UHGV virus genome: UHGV-0210521
Strand: one strand, 5' to 3'
Length of the DNA: 49,287 nt
DNA from: a virus
The notes under the pieces are model-generated. The model was not told the DNA's origin, searched no databases, and saw only the letters and a program-made list of their open reading frames with translations. A program made the position numbers and the translations under genes. Positions 44,590 through 49,287 of the stretch are shown here, one piece after another (position 1 is the first letter of the stretch; every line of letters begins with the position of its first letter).

Positions 44590-45840
44590 GTGGCACACAT
44601 CAGTGTGGTGACACCAGTTCGGTCGCCTGCCCCGAAACTGGTCAACGTGGCGGCATACGCGAGGGTCTCAACCAACGGCACAGAGCAGTTAGCATCCCTA
44701 TCGGCGCAGGTTTCGTATTACTCGCGCCTGATCCAATCCACACCCGGATGGGCCTACGTCGGCGTGTTCACCGACGAGGGTATCACCGGCACGTCAACAA
44801 AATCCCGACAAGGCCTGGCCGATCTGATGGACGCAGCCAGGAGTGGGGGTGTCGATATTGTGTTGTGTAAATCAATCTCACGCCTAGCCCGCAACACAAT
44901 CGACCTGCTCGCTACGGTCCGTGAGCTGAAAGACCTTGGCGTGGCCGTACGGTTCGAACGCGAACGCATCGACACCCTTAGCGCTGACGGGGAACTGCTG
45001 TTAACCTTGCTGGCCTCATTCGCCCAAGAAGAATCACGCTCACTATCCCACAACGTCAAATGGGCGATCCGGAACCGATACAAGAGCGGGGGCACAAACT
45101 CCTTCGTTGTCTATGGATACAAATGGGCAGACGGCCAGTTCACCATCATCGAAGAAGAAGCCAAGATCGTGCGCTTACTGTTTGCGAATTTCTTGGACGG
45201 GATTAGCCCGGAGAAAACCGCGACGATGCTCAATGCTGAAGGTAAACGCTCTCGGGGAGGGGGACGGTTCTACGGGTCAGTGTTTCGTCGCATGCTCGAA
45301 AATGAGCGCTACAAGGGCTGCCAAATGCTACAGAAAATGTACCGCCCCACAATCCAAGCACCCACACGCTCCCTCAACGACGGGGAGCTGCCGCGATACT
45401 GGGTCGACAATGCACTACCAGCCATCATTGACGAAACAACCTTTGACGCCGTTCAGAAAGAAATCGCGCACAGGCGTGAGGTGGGCCCGGCTGCCACCCC
45501 GTCAAAAAACACGGGCGTATTCACCGGACGGATCTGCTGCGGCGCGTGCGGGAAGAACTATCAACGCAAAACCCGCACCTACAAGTCTGGAACCTCATAC
45601 AAGTTCTGGCGCTGCTGGAGTGCCTGCACCGGAAACGGAAACCCCTGTAGGGGGCACAACCTGCGCGAAACACTCCTCGAACACGCCTGCGCAGACATGC
45701 TCGGCACCCAGGGTTTCGACCCTGTCCAGGTTGGCGAGCAGGTCGTGATGATCGAGGCCTTCGAGCATCAGCTCACCTTCCACCTCGCAGATGGAACCAT
45801 GATGCCGGTGGGCTTAACCAGTGAGGGGTGGTTGGCATGA
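44590..45840 (+). CDS. Large serine recombinase (resolvase-type catalytic domain, recombinase domain, zinc ribbon)
   Basis: AAYARVSTNGTEQL catalytic region, ... SRLARN ..., Cys-rich CCGACG ... C-terminus; AAAGGAG RBS before GTG 44590. Confidence 0.85.
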   Translation: MAHISVVTPVRSPAPKLVNVAAYARVSTNGTEQLASLSAQVSYYSRLIQSTPGWAYVGVFTDEGITGTSTKSRQGLADLMDAARSGGVDIVLCKSISRLARNTIDLLATVRELKDLGVAVRFERERIDTLSADGELLLTLLASFAQEESRSLSHNVKWAIRNRYKSGGTNSFVVYGYKWADGQFTIIEEEAKIVRLLFANFLDGISPEKTATMLNAEGKRSRGGGRFYGSVFRRMLENERYKGCQMLQKMYRPTIQAPTRSLNDGELPRYWVDNALPAIIDETTFDAVQKEIAHRREVGPAATPSKNTGVFTGRICCGACGKNYQRKTRTYKSGTSYKFWRCWSACTGNGNPCRGHNLRETLLEHACADMLGTQGFDPVQVGEQVVMIEAFEHQLTFHLADGTMMPVGLTSEGWLA

Positions 45841-47414
45841 GTCGCACGGTCACAGCGATACCCGCAACAAAGAAACTTGGGAATGTCACAACCCCGTCCG
45901 GGGTACCAGCGCGCAGACGGGTGGCGGCGTATGCTCGCGTTTCTACTGAGATGGAAGAACAAACCTCCTCGTATGAGGCTCAGATCGACTACTACACCAC
46001 CTACATTCGCTCACGTAGTGATTGGCAGTTCGCGGGCATGTACTCCGATGAGGGCATCTCTGGCACCTCCATGAAACGTCGCGAAGGTTTCCAAACCATG
46101 ATCAATGACGCCCTGGCAGGCAAAATCGACCTGATCCTCACCAAGAGTGTGTCCCGGTTCGCACGCAACACCGTCGACTCGCTCACTACCGTGCGCAAGC
46201 TCAAGGATGCAGGCGTCGAGGTCTATTTTGAGAAGGAAAATATTTACACCTTCGACGCCAAAGGCGAGCTATTGATCACGATCATGAGCTCACTGGCGCA
46301 AGAAGAATCCCGCTCGATCTCCGAGAACGTCACCTGGGGGCACAGGAAGCGTTTTCAAGATGGGAAAGTCATGGTGCCCTACAAATCCCTACTCGGATAC
46401 AAGAAAGGAGCAGACGGCAGCCTCGTCATCGACGAAACCCAAGCTCCGACCGTCAGGCTGATCTACCAGCTGTTCCTTGACGGGATGGCCATCAGCGAAA
46501 TCAAAACCGAACTCGCTGCCCGCAAGATCCTCACCCCACGCGGGAAAGAAGTGTGGTCGACATCGACAGTGCGCTCCATCCTGTCGAACGAGAAATACAA
46601 AGGCGATGCCCTGCTTCAAAAGACGTTCACCACCGATTTCCTTACTAAGAAGATGAAGGTCAACGAAGGCGAAGTACCCCAATACTACGTAACAGGCAAC
46701 CACGAGCCGATTATTGCTCCACGCATCTGGGATCAAGTGCAATACGAGCTCGCCACCAGGCATGGCAACATATCGTCAGCGAAGGTCGGCTTGTTCTCCA
46801 CCCGGCTCAAATGTGCTCGGTGTGGGGTGTGGTATGGGCGTAAGACGTGGGCGTCGAACACGAAATACAAGTACACAGTCTGGCAATGCAACCACAAATA
46901 CACAGACGAACATCCCTGTAGCAGCGCGACGGTGAAAGACGAGCAGATCAAGGATTCTTTCGTGCAAGCGCTCAATCAACTGATCGCCCGCCGTCCGCAG
47001 CAAAGCCAGCTACCGCAGGTGCTTGGCGACATGTTCGGTACGAGCCGTTTGGAAGAACAGGCCGCTGCCTGCCAAACAAAAATCGTGGAGCTGACCGAGC
47101 AGATCGAGGCGCTGATTGCGGAAAACCAGCGGTGTGCGCTCAACCAGGACGCCTACCAAGCCCGCTACACCGAACTCGATACTATCTACCGTAAGACGCT
47201 CGCACGTAAAACAAGCCTGGAAGCAGATATTGCAGCGAACACTGCCAAGCATGCCGCCGTCACCACAGCCCTAGGCGATTTGACGGGCGAACCTGTGAGC
47301 GAGTTTCACCCCGCACAATGGAGCGCTCTCATCGATCACGCCATCGTAGACGAGGACGGGATCCGGTTCGTGTTCCGTACCGGTGAACAGGTGAGGATTG
47401 CCCTGAAAGGGTGA
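45837..47414 (+). CDS. Large serine recombinase (second, translationally coupled)
   Basis: AAYARVSTEMEEQ, SRFARN, CARCG zinc ribbon, C-terminal coiled-coil-like region; ATGA overlap with the first recombinase gene. Confidence 0.85.
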   Translation: MSRTVTAIPATKKLGNVTTPSGVPARRRVAAYARVSTEMEEQTSSYEAQIDYYTTYIRSRSDWQFAGMYSDEGISGTSMKRREGFQTMINDALAGKIDLILTKSVSRFARNTVDSLTTVRKLKDAGVEVYFEKENIYTFDAKGELLITIMSSLAQEESRSISENVTWGHRKRFQDGKVMVPYKSLLGYKKGADGSLVIDETQAPTVRLIYQLFLDGMAISEIKTELAARKILTPRGKEVWSTSTVRSILSNEKYKGDALLQKTFTTDFLTKKMKVNEGEVPQYYVTGNHEPIIAPRIWDQVQYELATRHGNISSAKVGLFSTRLKCARCGVWYGRKTWASNTKYKYTVWQCNHKYTDEHPCSSATVKDEQIKDSFVQALNQLIARRPQQSQLPQVLGDMFGTSRLEEQAAACQTKIVELTEQIEALIAENQRCALNQDAYQARYTELDTIYRKTLARKTSLEADIAANTAKHAAVTTALGDLTGEPVSEFHPAQWSALIDHAIVDEDGIRFVFRTGEQVRIALKG

Positions 47415-47473
47415 TGCTCATATCAGTTGACGTGCACGGTTAGGTACACCTCCCAGAAATAAAGTAAGGTTAC

Positions 47474-47488
47474 CCTTATCTAATAAGG
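47474..47488. repeat. Perfect palindrome CCTTAT-CTA-ATAAGG in the AT-rich spacer between the recombinase and ABC transporter genes
   Basis: Direct inspection; the 85-bp spacer is the most AT-rich stretch at the right prophage end. Confidence 0.35.
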
Positions 47489-47499
47489 ATGGTGTTTGC

Positions 47500-49287
47500 G
47501 TGAACGATAGTGTAATGGATCAGGTTGTTGAAGGCGAGTATGAGTCGGCGAAGGAAAAATCTGTCGCTGGCCAGAACGCGATCCGTCAGCTATCGCAGCC
47601 GGTGAAAGGCAAACTGTTTATCGCGCAGGTTTTGGCTTTTCTCTCTGGTGTGTTGGCTATTGCCCCGTATGTGGCTTTGGTGGAGCTTGGCAGAGAACTT
47701 ATGCAAGACCGGGTGGACCCGGCGCGGGTGAACTGGATCGTGATGCTTCTCGTCAGCGCATACATGGCCCGGTTGACCTTATATTTTGTTGCATTGGGCG
47801 TGACGCATTTTATTGACCTGTCGTTGCGTAATCAAATGCGCCGCCAGATTGCCGCCCGAATGTCGACTGCTCCGCTGTCGTGGTTTACCCGCGAGGGTGA
47901 GGGGAAGATCCGCAAGACCATTCAGGATGATACGTCCACGGTGCACACAGTGATCGCGCACGGGCCGATTGAGAAACTGAACGCGATCGTATCCCCGCTC
48001 GCCTTGTTAGCCTATGCGTTCGTGGTGGATTGGCGGCTCGCTCTGCTGTCGATTGCGACGATTCCGATCTATGTGGGCATGTATGGCATGTCGATGCGTG
48101 GGATGAATGAGAAGACCGCCCAAATGGACACCAAGCTCGCTCAGGTTTCGGCAACGATGGCCGAGTTCGTTGCCGGTATCTCAGTGGTGAAAGCGTTCGG
48201 CAAGGTTGGCCAAGCACATAAAGCCTATTTAGATGCAGCTAACGAGTTTTCTAAGTTCTACCGGGCTTGGTGTATGCCGCTGGTGTCGATGTCGGTCGCC
48301 TCATTTTCGTGGGTGTCGATCCCGGTGTTGTTGATCGTGAACCTTGGCGGTGGCGCGTTGATGATGAACGCCGGTTGGGTGAGCATCTACGAGGTGATAA
48401 CGACCACGTTGATCGCCTTGGTGTTGCCGGGAGCGTTGATGGCAGTCGCAACGATCGCCTGGTCGTACCAGCTCGCAGGGTCTGCGGCAGTACGGCTGGT
48501 GAACGTCATGGAGCTACCGGCATTGCCTCAGCCAGATATGCCGCAGACGCCAAAGGGTCATGATATCGAGATTCGGGGTGTGTCGTATGCCTATGACGAG
48601 ACCCAAGCGTTAGACGAAGTGAGCCTGAGCATTCCGGCAGGCACGGTGACCGCGCTGGTTGGGCCTTCGGGCGCGGGAAAGTCGACGTTGGCGAGTTTGA
48701 TTGCCCGCTTCGATGATCCAGATGCTGGCACGATCACTATTGGCGGGGTTGATCTAAAGAGCATTTCCCAGGATGTGTTGTATTCGACGGTCGCATTCGT
48801 CCTGCAAGATGCACAGCTTATTCGCGACACCATTCGAAACAACATCGCTCTTGGCGCGCCAGACGCAACCTTGGATCAGGTGCGGCAGGCGGCGCAGGCG
48901 GCGCAGATCGACGAGTTCATCATGAGCCTGCCAGATGGTTACGACACTGTGTTGGGTGAGGATACCCACGTTTCGGGCGGGCAGGCAGCCCGTATCGCGA
49001 TCGCCCGGGCGCTCATGGTTGATGCCCCAGTGTTGGTGTTGGACGAGGCGACGGCGATGGCGGACCCGGAATCGGAATCGAAAATCCAACAAGCTCTCTC
49101 GACTCTTGCCAAAGGCAGAACCGTGATTGTGATCGCCCACCGACTGGCCTCGATCAGAGGAGCAGACCAAATCGTCGTCATGGAACGCGGGCGCATTGCT
49201 GTGGTCGGTAAACACGACGAGCTGTTGGGTAATGCGCACTATCAGGCACTTCTTGCCCAAGGTGCATGCGAGGAGATGACACGATGA
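47500..49287 (+). CDS. ABC transporter, fused permease/ATP-binding protein (type I exporter)
   Basis: N-terminal transmembrane domain, Walker A GPSGAGKST, signature VSGGQAARIAIARAL, Walker B VLVLDEATA; GTG start; stop at the window end. Confidence 0.85.
   Translation: MNDSVMDQVVEGEYESAKEKSVAGQNAIRQLSQPVKGKLFIAQVLAFLSGVLAIAPYVALVELGRELMQDRVDPARVNWIVMLLVSAYMARLTLYFVALGVTHFIDLSLRNQMRRQIAARMSTAPLSWFTREGEGKIRKTIQDDTSTVHTVIAHGPIEKLNAIVSPLALLAYAFVVDWRLALLSIATIPIYVGMYGMSMRGMNEKTAQMDTKLAQVSATMAEFVAGISVVKAFGKVGQAHKAYLDAANEFSKFYRAWCMPLVSMSVASFSWVSIPVLLIVNLGGGALMMNAGWVSIYEVITTTLIALVLPGALMAVATIAWSYQLAGSAAVRLVNVMELPALPQPDMPQTPKGHDIEIRGVSYAYDETQALDEVSLSIPAGTVTALVGPSGAGKSTLASLIARFDDPDAGTITIGGVDLKSISQDVLYSTVAFVLQDAQLIRDTIRNNIALGAPDATLDQVRQAAQAAQIDEFIMSLPDGYDTVLGEDTHVSGGQAARIAIARALMVDAPVLVLDEATAMADPESESKIQQALSTLAKGRTVIVIAHRLASIRGADQIVVMERGRIAVVGKHDELLGNAHYQALLAQGACEEMTR

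Larger units (their letters stand above)
6604..47490. mobile_element. Siphovirus-like prophage with serine-recombinase integration module; boundaries approximate (left end may lie at about 5475 if the HTH/ImmA pair is the phage repressor module)
   Basis: Contiguous + strand phage gene order (replication, HNH/TerS/TerL, portal, protease, capsid, tail, lysis, recombinases) flanked by R-M genes on the left and an ABC transporter on the right. Confidence 0.7.

Noticed and set aside
1-49287. CRISPR array or cas genes
   Set aside because: No series of short direct repeats with unique spacers; the PD-(D/E)xK protein at 8384-9523 is Cas4-like in fold only and sits in a phage replication module.

Overview
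High-GC window (composition and gene content suggest an Actinobacteria-like Gram-positive host; inference only). It holds three blocks. (1) 1-5474: the 3' part of a Type I restriction-modification operon, an HsdM methyltransferase (5'-truncated by the window edge) fused in-frame to a low-GC half-size HsdS specificity domain, followed by HsdR. (2) 5558-6603: an HTH-XRE regulator plus ImmA/IrrE-type HExxH metallopeptidase pair with a perfect palindromic candidate operator. (3) About 6.6-47.5 kb: a siphovirus-like prophage on the + strand, with early/regulatory genes, a replication module (PD-(D/E)xK nuclease, DUF2815-like SSB, family A DNA polymerase, antirepressor, primase-helicase, VRR-NUC, SNF2 helicase), HNH, TerS, TerL, HK97-type portal/protease/capsid, tail genes with a -1 frameshift chaperone, tape measure, tail fibre, holin, amidase endolysin, and two tandem large serine recombinases at the right end. 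An intact ABC exporter gene (47500-49287) follows. The prophage carries several apparent accessory insertions: an Abi_2 abortive-infection gene on the opposite strand; a SAM synthetase (MetK) plus two DNA methyltransferases between TerS and TerL; a run of small genes each preceded by a conserved 50-bp element; minus-strand membrane proteins; and a minus-strand alpha/beta hydrolase cassette between the tail chaperone and tape measure genes. A different 38-42-bp element occurs three times upstream of + strand genes. No CRISPR array, rRNA or tRNA was found. All calls rest on reading the six-frame translations and the nucleotide sequence by eye; no database search was run, so family names are motif-based and prophage boundaries are approximate.
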